Source: Syntrophales bacterium (GTDB lineage Bacteria > Desulfobacterota > Syntrophia > Syntrophales > PHBD01). From it: a stretch of 64,000 bases of DNA. Position 1 is the stretch's first letter. Each line of letters starts with the position of its first letter. The notes beneath the pieces were generated by a model. That model saw only the letters and a program-made list of their open reading frames with translations. It searched no databases and was not told the DNA's origin. Below are positions 55,946-64,000 of this stretch, in pieces. The translations under genes and the position numbers were made by a program. The stretch spans positions 640,001 to 704,000 of the forward strand of contig OY764159.1 of the NCBI GenBank assembly GCA_963668175.1. The letters run 5' to 3'.

Positions 55946-57844
55946 ATGAAAGAAGCTTATTATATAACGACGCCGATTTATTACGTTAATGCATCCCCGC
56001 ACATCGGCCACGCCTATACGACGATCGTCGCCGATGTCCTGGCAAGGTATCACCGTCTCAACGGTTATCGAACCTTCTTTCTGACCGGTACGGACGAACA
56101 TGGCGATAAGATCGCCGAAGCCGCGGCCAAGGCCGGCATCAATCCGAAGGAGTATACGGACGCGGTCAGCGCCCAGTTCAGGGAACTTTGGCCGGAATTG
56201 TCCATCACGAACGACTACTTCATCCGTACGACCGATGCCGACCATGTCGCCACGGTGCAATCCATCCTGCAAAAAATCTACGATACGGGGGATATCTACT
56301 TCGGGCATTATGAAGGTTTCTATTGTGTGGGCTGCGAGCGCTTCTATACGGAAAAGGAGCTTGTGGACGGCAAATGCCCGGATCATCAGACTGTTCCCGA
56401 ATACCGGAAAGAGAGCAATTATTTCTTCAAGATGAGCAAGTATCAGGATTGGCTGATCGAATACATCAACCGGAATCCCGATTTTATCCGCCCGGAACGA
56501 TACCGAAACGAAGTCCTCGCGTTTCTGCGGGAGCCCCTGGACGATTTGTGTATATCGAGACCAAAGACCCGCCTCACCTGGGGCATCAATCTGCCCTTCG
56601 ACGACCAGTACGTTACGTACGTCTGGTTTGACGCTCTGATCAATTATATTACTGCCCTGGGCTATCCGGACGGAGATAAATTCAAGACCTTCTGGCCTGT
56701 GGCCGAGCATCTCACCGCCAAGGACATTTTGAAACCCCACGGCATTTATTGGCCGACCATGTTGAAAGCGGCCGGCATCGATCCCTATCGGCATTTGAAT
56801 GTCCACGGCTATTGGAACGTCGACCAGAGCAAGATGTCCAAGAGCCTCGGCAATGTCGTGAAACCCTTAGACCTCAAGGACAAATACGGACTCGACGCTT
56901 TCCGGTATTTTCTGCTCAGGGACATGGTTTTCGGCCTTGATTCGAGCTTCAGCGAAGAAGCCTTCGTGCAGCGGGTCAACTCCGACCTGGCGAACGATCT
57001 GGGAAATCTGGTGAGCCGCAGCCTGACGATGGCCGTCAAGTATTGCAGCGGAAAGGTTCCCGCGTCAGCCCCGCTCTCTGAGGAAGAGCGGACGCTGACC
57101 GAAACGGCGGAGAAGACCGTCCGGGAAGTGAAGGAATGTTTCGCAGATATGTCGCTGCACAAGGCCCTGATCGCCATATGGGAATTCATCAACGCCGCCA
57201 ATAAATATATCGTGTCGTGCGAACCCTGGGTCCTGGCCAAAGATTCGGCCAATCAGGCCCGGCTTGAAGCCGTTATGTACCACCTGCTCGAATCGCTCCG
57301 GGTCATAGCGATACTGATTACGCCCTTTATGCCGGGCACCGCGAAAAGAATACTGGCACAACTGGGTATCGCCGATGAAGGTGGACTGAACTTCAGTCAC
57401 ATTGCCGCTTGGGGGGGGCTGCAACCGGGACTGGCCCTTCAAAAAACGGATTCTCTGTTCCCCCGGATCGAAGTGAAGAAGGACGAGAAGGTAAAGGAGA
57501 AAAAGATGACCGTGGATATCAAACCGGAAATAACCTATGACGAATTCGAAAAAGTAGATTTTAGGGTTGCGGAAATCCTGGAGGCGGAACCGGTTCCCAA
57601 ATCGAACAAACTGGTGCGGCTCAAAATCGATATCGGGGAAGAGAGGCAGATCGTGGCAGGCATCGCCAAGGACTACAAACCGGAAGAACTGGTGGGTAAA
57701 AAAATCGTGGTTGTCGCCAATCTGAAACCGACCAAGCTGATGGGTGTGGAGTCCCGGGGCATGCTTCTGGCCACGGATGCGGAGAACGGTTTGTCGCTGA
57801 TCGGTTTCGACCGGGTTCCCAAGACCGGGGCCAAGGTGCGCTGA
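55946..57844 (+). CDS. metG: Methionine--tRNA ligase with C-terminal tRNA-binding domain
   Basis: YITTPIYY, HIGH, TGTDEHG, KMSKS, C-terminal OB domain (ANLKP..LMGVES). Confidence 0.97.
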   Translation: MKEAYYITTPIYYVNASPHIGHAYTTIVADVLARYHRLNGYRTFFLTGTDEHGDKIAEAAAKAGINPKEYTDAVSAQFRELWPELSITNDYFIRTTDADHVATVQSILQKIYDTGDIYFGHYEGFYCVGCERFYTEKELVDGKCPDHQTVPEYRKESNYFFKMSKYQDWLIEYINRNPDFIRPERYRNEVLAFLREPLDDLCISRPKTRLTWGINLPFDDQYVTYVWFDALINYITALGYPDGDKFKTFWPVAEHLTAKDILKPHGIYWPTMLKAAGIDPYRHLNVHGYWNVDQSKMSKSLGNVVKPLDLKDKYGLDAFRYFLLRDMVFGLDSSFSEEAFVQRVNSDLANDLGNLVSRSLTMAVKYCSGKVPASAPLSEEERTLTETAEKTVREVKECFADMSLHKALIAIWEFINAANKYIVSCEPWVLAKDSANQARLEAVMYHLLESLRVIAILITPFMPGTAKRILAQLGIADEGGLNFSHIAAWGGLQPGLALQKTDSLFPRIEVKKDEKVKEKKMTVDIKPEITYDEFEKVDFRVAEILEAEPVPKSNKLVRLKIDIGEERQIVAGIAKDYKPEELVGKKIVVVANLKPTKLMGVESRGMLLATDAENGLSLIGFDRVPKTGAKVR

Positions 57845-57868
57845 CAACGACTGTATTATCCGTTAGCA

Positions 57869-57879
57869 GGGGGGGGGGG
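57869..57879 (+). repeat. Homopolymer G11 tract
   Basis: Eleven consecutive G in the metG-lipoprotein intergenic region. Confidence 0.9.
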
Positions 57880-57916
57880 ACGGATCGAATAGATCAAAAA
57901 CCATTTAGGAGGGACG

Positions 57917-58555
57917 ATGATGTACGACTATTCGAAGTTCGCTAAACTCGTAATATGCTTCGTCGCAGCAGCGGCACTGCTGGGATGCGGCGCCGGCGGC
58001 ATGAAGGTGACCCTGAAACAGGATAATTACAAGCCCGGCTTCAGGTCGGGGGAATTCAGCCGTTACAAGGGCAAAACGGTTATTCTGGACAATTTCATCA
58101 ATCAGGCCGCCAATACGAGGTCCTGGAGTTATGCCAGTGCCGATCAGAAGGTCACCTACGAGGCCACGGAGCACCTGGAATCGTACATGTGGTATTGCTT
58201 CAAGAAGGCCTTCGATTTCACCGGCATGAAAGTTCTCGATGCCACCTATGGGGGGAATTATAATCCCTATTACCATCCCTGGTGGGGGCCGCGGCCTTAC
58301 CAGCAGCCTGCCGCAGGGGTTCCGAAAGGTGTTTCCGATTTCCAACTGGTCTTAAAGTCTCTGACGGATCAGGAATGGGTGGTTCAGGTACTGGTGTTTA
58401 AAGACGGTGAAACCAAACTGCAGAAAGACTTTACGGTAACGGTCCCGCCGACGACAAGCCAGGACAAGGCCGAGCTTGAAGCACGGGCGTATCGGACGGT
58501 GGATCAGCTGGTGACGACCGTTTTCCGCGATCGGGAATTCCAGAGAGCCTTTTAA
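57917..58555 (+). CDS. Hypothetical lipoprotein
   Basis: AGGAGG RBS, lipobox LLGC; no family recognised. Confidence 0.8.
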   Translation: MMYDYSKFAKLVICFVAAAALLGCGAGGMKVTLKQDNYKPGFRSGEFSRYKGKTVILDNFINQAANTRSWSYASADQKVTYEATEHLESYMWYCFKKAFDFTGMKVLDATYGGNYNPYYHPWWGPRPYQQPAAGVPKGVSDFQLVLKSLTDQEWVVQVLVFKDGETKLQKDFTVTVPPTTSQDKAELEARAYRTVDQLVTTVFRDREFQRAF

Positions 58556-58593
58556 CAGCTTGTCGAAAGACGCGATTTTCAACAGCCTTGTAA
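58552..58593. repeat. Short palindromic copy of the MITE/REP-like family
   Basis: ttaacagcttgtcgaaa-gacgcga-ttttcaacagccttgtaa resembles both ends of 43368-43455. Confidence 0.68.
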
Positions 58594-58596
58594 TAG

Positions 58597-58631
58597 AAGG
58601 CCGCCCCGGATCCGTTCCGCGGCGGCCTTTT
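58597..58631. terminator. Intrinsic terminator between the convergent lipoprotein gene and trpB2
   Basis: AAGGCCGCC.CGGA / TCCG.GGCGGCCTTTT stem with T tail. Confidence 0.78.
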
Positions 58632-58660
58632 CGTTGAGGGTATTTTAAAACCGATTCCCG

Positions 58661-60022
58661 TCAGGGTTTCGGAAAACCTGCGATAGCCTTCAAAGCCCTC
58701 TCAATCTCCGCATCGGGCAGTTCGTAAGGCAGGAGCTGTCCCGACAGGAACGCATCGTATGCGGCCAGATCGATGATGCCGTGGCCGCTCCAGTTGAAGA
58801 GGATCGTTTTCTCCTTGCCTTCCTCCTTGGCCCGTCTCGCTTCCGCGACAACGGCGGCGATGACGTGATTGGTTTCCGGCGCCGGGATGAAGCCTTCGGC
58901 CCGCGCCCATTTTATCCCCGCTTCAAAGGTTTCCACCTGGTTGTAGGATTGCGCCTCGACGATCTTCTCCTTGACCAAGTGGCTTATGATCGGCGCCATG
59001 CCGTGATAGCGGAGACCGCCGGCATGGATGGGCGCCGGTACGTAATCGTGGCCCAGGGTGTACATGGCGAGGAGAGGCGTCATCCTGGCGAGATCACCGA
59101 AATCGTAAGCGAAGGGACCCCGCGTCATCGTCGGGCAGGACGAGGGTTCCGCCCCGACGATGCGGACTGTCTTGCCGTGGATCTTGTCCCGGACATAAGG
59201 CAGGGAGATGCCGGCGAAATTGCTGCCGCCGCCGGCGCAGCCCATAACCACGTCGGGATAGACGCCGATCTTTTCCATCTGTTTTTGTGCTTCCAGTCCG
59301 ATGATGGTCTGGTAGAGGAGGACGTGGTTCAAAACGCTGCCCAGCGAATAGCGTGAATTGGCATGGGTCACGGCATCTTCGACGGCTTCGCTGATGGCGA
59401 TTCCCAGGCTGCCCGGAGAATCGGGATGCTCGGCGAGGATGCGCCTGCCCGTTTCGGTAAGGTTGCTCGGACTGGGAATGCATTCCGCCCCCCATGTCTT
59501 CATCATTAGCCGACGGTAGGGTTTCTGCTCGTAGCTCACCCGGACCATGAATACACGGCATTCCAGGCCGAACATCTGACACGCCATGGAGAGCGCGCTT
59601 CCCCACTGCCCCGCCCCGGTTTCCGTGGCAAGGCGTTTAATGCCGAACTCTTTATTGTAATAGGCCTGCGGAATGGAGGCATTCGGTTTATGGGAACCCG
59701 CCGGGCTGACTCCCTCGTTTTTGTAGTAGATCTTTACCGGCGCATCCAGAAGTTTCTCGAAATTACGGGCGCGATACAGAGGTGAGGGCCGCCAGAGAAG
59801 ATACTTCTCCAACACGGGCTCGGGGATGTCGATCCACCTCTCCGTGCTGACTTCCTGCTCGATGATGTTCATGGGGAATATCGGCGCCAGGTCCTCGGCT
59901 GCCACCGGCTTCCCCGTTCCCGGATGGAGCGGCGGGCTCATTGGGGTGGGCATATCCGCCATGATATTATACCATTGCCTCGGTATTTCCCGATCCTCCA
60001 AGATGATTTTACTCTGTTCCAT
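58661..60022 (-). CDS. trpB2: TrpB2 (stand-alone tryptophan synthase beta-like PLP enzyme)
   Basis: IPRQWYNI long N-terminus, AGSHKPN, TETGAGQWG, CAGGGSNF, IHAGGLRYHG, SGHG; start at MEQSK. Confidence 0.93.
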   Translation of the reverse strand: MEQSKIILEDREIPRQWYNIMADMPTPMSPPLHPGTGKPVAAEDLAPIFPMNIIEQEVSTERWIDIPEPVLEKYLLWRPSPLYRARNFEKLLDAPVKIYYKNEGVSPAGSHKPNASIPQAYYNKEFGIKRLATETGAGQWGSALSMACQMFGLECRVFMVRVSYEQKPYRRLMMKTWGAECIPSPSNLTETGRRILAEHPDSPGSLGIAISEAVEDAVTHANSRYSLGSVLNHVLLYQTIIGLEAQKQMEKIGVYPDVVMGCAGGGSNFAGISLPYVRDKIHGKTVRIVGAEPSSCPTMTRGPFAYDFGDLARMTPLLAMYTLGHDYVPAPIHAGGLRYHGMAPIISHLVKEKIVEAQSYNQVETFEAGIKWARAEGFIPAPETNHVIAAVVAEARRAKEEGKEKTILFNWSGHGIIDLAAYDAFLSGQLLPYELPDAEIERALKAIAGFPKP

Positions 60023-60117
60023 GATTCCTCTCCTTTTTTGTCCTCCCTGCGGTATTTTTCCGGCCGTCAAGCGAGACGGTTGAAATTATGCATATCCGTT
60101 CGAGACACAAGCCAGTG

Positions 60118-61323
60118 CTATACGTCGACATTGGACATCAAGCCCTTATGTCTTCGATACCAAAGATTCGGAGCGATCCGATAAAACAGTCGCGATATCG
60201 GACCGATGTATTCGTTGGTGCGGCGGTCGAATTGACACGCCTGAATGACTTGCTCCTTGATCTGACTCCGCGTGCTCCCTTCGTTGAATATCTTATAGGC
60301 GCAATGAAACAGCGGGCTGTACATGTTTTTCTTTTCCAGGTATTTATAAACGTTACGTATGGTGTTAGGGCCTTCCGGCGTCCCGTCGATGCGCTCCAGG
60401 ACCTTCAGATTGGTTTCAATGGGATTGCCCGTGTAATATTCGTAGAAATACTTCCCGTACCGGTAGTTCTTGCTGGCCTCGGACGAAATGGTGACATACA
60501 TGTCCCCCACGCCTGCCTGGCTGAAAAAGGCCTGAAAACTGCCTCCCAACAGCCTCGACAGGGAACGGACTTCGACACCCGACCTGGCAAAAATGGTGCC
60601 CGGGATGGAGCTGCCGAGTTCGAGGGAATCGGAGAGCCCCTTGATGTTGGCCACGATATTCTTGAGGGAGCCGCACGCCTCCACGCCGATCATGTCGAAG
60701 TTGTAATAGGACGTGAATTCCCTGCGGTTGAATTTGATGATATTGTTTTTGATAATCGTCGATATGCGCTTCTTGCCCGCCACCGTCACACAGACCGGGT
60801 TTCCCAGGGCGATATCGATATCGAAGAAGGGTCCGCCGATACAGGCAATTTCGTACTTATGGCGAATTTTGTAGAGGTTGCTGTTGATGAGTTGTGAAGG
60901 CGTCATCAGTTCTCTTGTCATCTCGTCGGCGGTGAGGCCCTTGATCGGGGAGATGAGGCAGGTACTGCCGGTCTTCTTTTCAAGCAGAGGTCTTAAATCG
61001 GCCAGAAAATTGGAGAGGCGGTTCATGGTAATGGTTGTCACGATGAAGTCGTTGTCTTCTACGAGTCTCTCGAGATCGTTAGTGGCAAAAACTTTAGGCG
61101 CCAGGCGCGGCACGTTGTCGATACCGCCGAGCTTTTTGGCCAGGTCTTCCGTGAGATGGATCGGGTTGAGATGATCCTGGTTTATGGCCCGACATACGCC
61201 GACGTCATGGTAATAGATGGTAACCTTCTTATTGTCCCTGCCGAACTTGTACGCAAAGGACGTTCCGAGTCTGCCGGGGCCTATAATGCCTATTCTGCCA
61301 GTATCATATTCCGGTGTCGCCAT
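60118..61323 (-). CDS. Divergent NAD(P)H-dependent glycerol-3-phosphate dehydrogenase family protein
   Basis: GPGRLG Rossmann motif, KG, GVEACGSLKN, AGVGD, SKN, PEG. Confidence 0.8.
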   Translation of the reverse strand: MATPEYDTGRIGIIGPGRLGTSFAYKFGRDNKKVTIYYHDVGVCRAINQDHLNPIHLTEDLAKKLGGIDNVPRLAPKVFATNDLERLVEDNDFIVTTITMNRLSNFLADLRPLLEKKTGSTCLISPIKGLTADEMTRELMTPSQLINSNLYKIRHKYEIACIGGPFFDIDIALGNPVCVTVAGKKRISTIIKNNIIKFNRREFTSYYNFDMIGVEACGSLKNIVANIKGLSDSLELGSSIPGTIFARSGVEVRSLSRLLGGSFQAFFSQAGVGDMYVTISSEASKNYRYGKYFYEYYTGNPIETNLKVLERIDGTPEGPNTIRNVYKYLEKKNMYSPLFHCAYKIFNEGSTRSQIKEQVIQACQFDRRTNEYIGPISRLFYRIAPNLWYRRHKGLMSNVDV

Positions 61324-61524
61324 TAAATAACCATGCTCCCGATTCGATTCCGTTCATCAAAACCTAAGCGTCACCTTATATGTAAATTAATGCATACCTG
61401 TCAAACATAATGTTCCCCATGATTTGATTCGCCCTTGCCGGTTCTTAAGATTCCCAAAGGGTCTTTATACGACTTGAGGACGTCATGTCCTGCTATGAAT
61501 CGATAAGACATGGCGAATGAGAGA

Positions 61525-62604
61525 TTATCGCTGAATAATATGGATGGCGGTGGCTTTAAACGATGCCGTCACGCTCATATCTTTGCGGAGCGACATGTTA
61601 TCGAGGGATTCTCCGGTAATGTAGGCGGCAAGGGGAAAACCGCAATCCAGAATGATTTTAAAAAATGGTCCCATGGCCCGGATATCGCGGATGACGGCCG
61701 GCAGGACGTTTCTGGCACTCGTGGCGGCCGATAGATGGTTCGTGCCGATGGTGACGTGTTCAGGCCGGATGCAGCACAGCACCCTGCCTTCCGTCGCTGT
61801 TCCCGCCACAGCCCGGATAAGCCGATTGTTGACGGACACGGTCAGGTCGCCGTCCCTGTTCGCGACCACTTGTCCTTCCAGGATCGTATCCGTTCCTACG
61901 AAGGAGGCGACGAAAGCGTTGCAGGGGTGGTTGATGATTTCCGAGGGAGTGCCTGTCTGAATAATTCTTCCCTCGTTCATGATAGCCATACGGTCGGCAA
62001 GACGAAGCGCCTCCATCTGATCGTGGGTCGCCATCAGAGCCGTCGTCCGGGTCTCGCGGAGTATTTTGAGGAGATCTTCGATAAGTCCCTCCCGCGTGGG
62101 CGGATCGAGAGATGCGAAAGGCTCGTCGAGAAAAATGATCTCCGGCTTTACGGCAAAGGCCCGGGCAAGATTCGTCCGTTGCGCCTCGCCCCCGGAAAGT
62201 TTGCGTGCGGAACGCCCGGCCAGGTGACGAATGCCGAATTGCTCCAAGGCTTCAGGGACCCGATCTTCGATTTCCGCTGTTGTCTTCTTCCTGATCCTGA
62301 GTCCTGCGGCTACATTGCCGAAGACGGTCGTGTCCAGAAGTAAAGGTTCCTGGAAAACGAAAGCAATCTGCCGTCGGTAGACCACAAGATTGTTACGGGC
62401 GATTTCCCGATCCTTGAAGCAGATCCGGCCCCGGTAAATGCCCAAAAGTCCGGCCAATGCCAGAAGAAAGGTTGATTTGCCTGTGCCGTTCGGACCGATC
62501 AGGGAAAAGATGGAACCTTCATCGACGGCAAAAGCAGGAATATCAAGAACGGTCACGCCGCCGCGTCTGACAACCAGGTTTTCTCCGGAAAGAAAATGCT
62601 TCAT
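61525..62604 (-). CDS. tupC: Tungstate/molybdate ABC transporter ATP-binding subunit with TOBE domain
   Basis: GPNGTGKS, LSGGE, LDEP, ATH; C-terminal TOBE (ASFKATAIH). Confidence 0.88.
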   Translation of the reverse strand: MKHFLSGENLVVRRGGVTVLDIPAFAVDEGSIFSLIGPNGTGKSTFLLALAGLLGIYRGRICFKDREIARNNLVVYRRQIAFVFQEPLLLDTTVFGNVAAGLRIRKKTTAEIEDRVPEALEQFGIRHLAGRSARKLSGGEAQRTNLARAFAVKPEIIFLDEPFASLDPPTREGLIEDLLKILRETRTTALMATHDQMEALRLADRMAIMNEGRIIQTGTPSEIINHPCNAFVASFVGTDTILEGQVVANRDGDLTVSVNNRLIRAVAGTATEGRVLCCIRPEHVTIGTNHLSAATSARNVLPAVIRDIRAMGPFFKIILDCGFPLAAYITGESLDNMSLRKDMSVTASFKATAIHIIQR

Positions 62605-62613
62605 GGTGTTCTG

Positions 62614-63312
62614 TTATCTCGGCCGTTCTCTCTGTTGGATGTGGGTAAGGAGGGCATTGATCGAAAACGCTAAAATAAGCAGGATAAATCCCAGGGCCAT
62701 GGCCAGATCGAAATTGCCCTTGCTCGTCTCCATGACGGTTGCGGTGGTCAACACGCGGGAGTAGCCCTTGATATTGCCACCGACCATGATGGACGCCCCG
62801 ACCTCCGAAATGACACCTCCGAATCCCGCCATAACGGCGGCGAGGAGCGGGAGGCGAGCTTCCTTGGCCAGCAGCCAGAGCATCTGGGCCCGGGTCGCTC
62901 CCAATGCCAGGATCTGGAGCCTTAAATTTCTCGGAAGCTGTTGAATAGCTGCCAGCGTGATTCCCATGACGATCGGTGTGGCGATGATGGCTTGGGCGAT
63001 GACGATAGCGGCCGGTGTGTAGAGAATGCCTAAGAATCCCAGCGGGCCGTTACGCCAAAGGAAGATCGTCACGAAAAGGCCGACCACAACCGGCGGGAGC
63101 CCCATCCCCGTGTTGACGAGACTCACGACTAACCTGCGGCCGGCGAAGCGGGAGAGGGCCAGTGCCATGCCGCCGGGGATACCTATGAAGAGGCTGATCA
63201 ATGTCGCCAACCCGGATATTTCCAGGGAGAGCAAGGTGATCCCCAGGACTTCCGGGTCCATCGTCACGAGCAGATAAAAGGCCTGCTTGAGGCCTTCGAG
63301 AATGATGTCCAT
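62614..63312 (-). CDS. tupB: Tungstate ABC transporter permease
   Basis: NTGMGLPPVVVGL, ISEVGA..VGGNI..SRVLTTA. Confidence 0.9.
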   Translation of the reverse strand: MDIILEGLKQAFYLLVTMDPEVLGITLLSLEISGLATLISLFIGIPGGMALALSRFAGRRLVVSLVNTGMGLPPVVVGLFVTIFLWRNGPLGFLGILYTPAAIVIAQAIIATPIVMGITLAAIQQLPRNLRLQILALGATRAQMLWLLAKEARLPLLAAVMAGFGGVISEVGASIMVGGNIKGYSRVLTTATVMETSKGNFDLAMALGFILLILAFSINALLTHIQQRERPR

Positions 63313-64000
63313 TTATCGGCCCAGGGCTTCCTCTTTTTTGCCGGCATCGGGGAAAAAGAGCGGCGATCCGTATTTTTGCACCCCGAAGGTCTTAATAATA
63401 GCCTGGGTGTCCTTGGATACCATGAAATCGGCGAAAGCCCTGGCTCCATCCACATTGATTTTAGGCCACTTCGCCGGATTGATCTCGATGACGTGATAGA
63501 TATTGAGGAGGATGGCATCGCCTTCTAGCAGGATATCGAGCCCCAGGCTCTTTTGCAGGGCCAGATACGTGCCCCGATCCGTCACCGTATAGGCCTTCTT
63601 TTCCGCGGCAACGCCCAGAGTCTGTCCCATGCCCAGACCCGTCTGCTGATACCATCTCTGGCCCTCGGGCTTGATGCCTGCGGCTCCCCATATCTTTTTC
63701 TCCGTCGCGTGTGTGCCCGAGTTGTCGCCCCGGGAAATAAAGAGCGCGCCGCCGGCGGCTATCTTCTTGAAGGCCTCCGTCGCGTTCCCGATCTTATTGA
63801 TGTGCGCGGGGTCGCTCTTAGGACCGACAATGATGAAATCGTTATGCATGACCAGTCTTCTGTTGACACCGTAACCTTCCGTTATGAATTTTTTCTCCGC
63901 GTCGGGTGAATGGACCAACAGGACATCGGCCTCACCCTTCCGTCCCATGGTCATGGCTTGTCCGGAACCTACGGCGATCGTTTTTACGAAGTAACCCGTA
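63313..64000 (-). CDS. tupA: Tungstate ABC transporter substrate-binding protein (5' end outside the window)
   Basis: AVGSGQA, DVLLVHSP, NDFIIVGP, SRGDNSGTH, TDRGT, LLNIY. Confidence 0.9.
   Translation of the reverse strand, partial: TGYFVKTIAVGSGQAMTMGRKGEADVLLVHSPDAEKKFITEGYGVNRRLVMHNDFIIVGPKSDPAHINKIGNATEAFKKIAAGGALFISRGDNSGTHATEKKIWGAAGIKPEGQRWYQQTGLGMGQTLGVAAEKKAYTVTDRGTYLALQKSLGLDILLEGDAILLNIYHVIEINPAKWPKINVDGARAFADFMVSKDTQAIIKTFGVQKYGSPLFFPDAGKKEEALGR

Noticed and set aside
1..64000. CRISPR array, rRNA, selenoprotein read-through, defence system or prophage
   Set aside because: No regularly spaced repeats, rRNA-like tract, in-frame TGA at a catalytic Cys position, or phage/defence motifs seen by eye.

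Overview
Bacterial chromosomal window of mostly housekeeping genes. Gene content and order suggest an anaerobic Desulfobacterota/Deltaproteobacterium, possibly Syntrophales-like (inference). It holds about 63 CDS, tRNA-Asn(GTT) and tRNA-Ala(CGC). I found no rRNA, CRISPR array, integrase, transposase or prophage. Main blocks: fadD and a YhiN-family flavoprotein; fdhE-nth; plsC-ftsK-rimO-mobA-gcvT-gcvH; a porCDAB 2-oxoacid:ferredoxin oxidoreductase operon extended by an SfrB-like NADPH flavoprotein and a short NuoG-like FeS protein; an MCP/TPR/HD-GYP signalling islet; the yceD-rpmF-acpP-fabF-rpiB-glyA-nrdR-rib-nusB superoperon; a GGDEF-lipoprotein-HD-GYP operon; leuS-lptE and rpsT; xseAB-ispA-dxs-tlyA-ispH; nfu-ferredoxin; tmk-holB-PSP1-metG; trpB2; a divergent gpsA; and tupABC. 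Best leads: (1) a membrane HAMP-GGDEF whose two guanine-reading positions are changed (PleD D344->S, the Hypr/cGAMP-synthase signature, plus N335->A), encoded with a QseG-like lipoprotein and an HD-GYP protein; (2) the POR + SfrB-like + mini-NuoG module, a candidate 2-oxoacid/ferredoxin:NADP(H) complex; (3) an IspH-UbiA-like fusion. Smaller observations: a CTG start for fabF, three gaps in usually conserved gene order (plsX-fabH-fabG, ribD, holA), a MITE-like element in the rpsT leader, a G11 tract before a lipoprotein gene, a structured leader before ybaK, and an exact 132-bp duplication at the window start. All homology calls come from motif recognition; no database searches were run.
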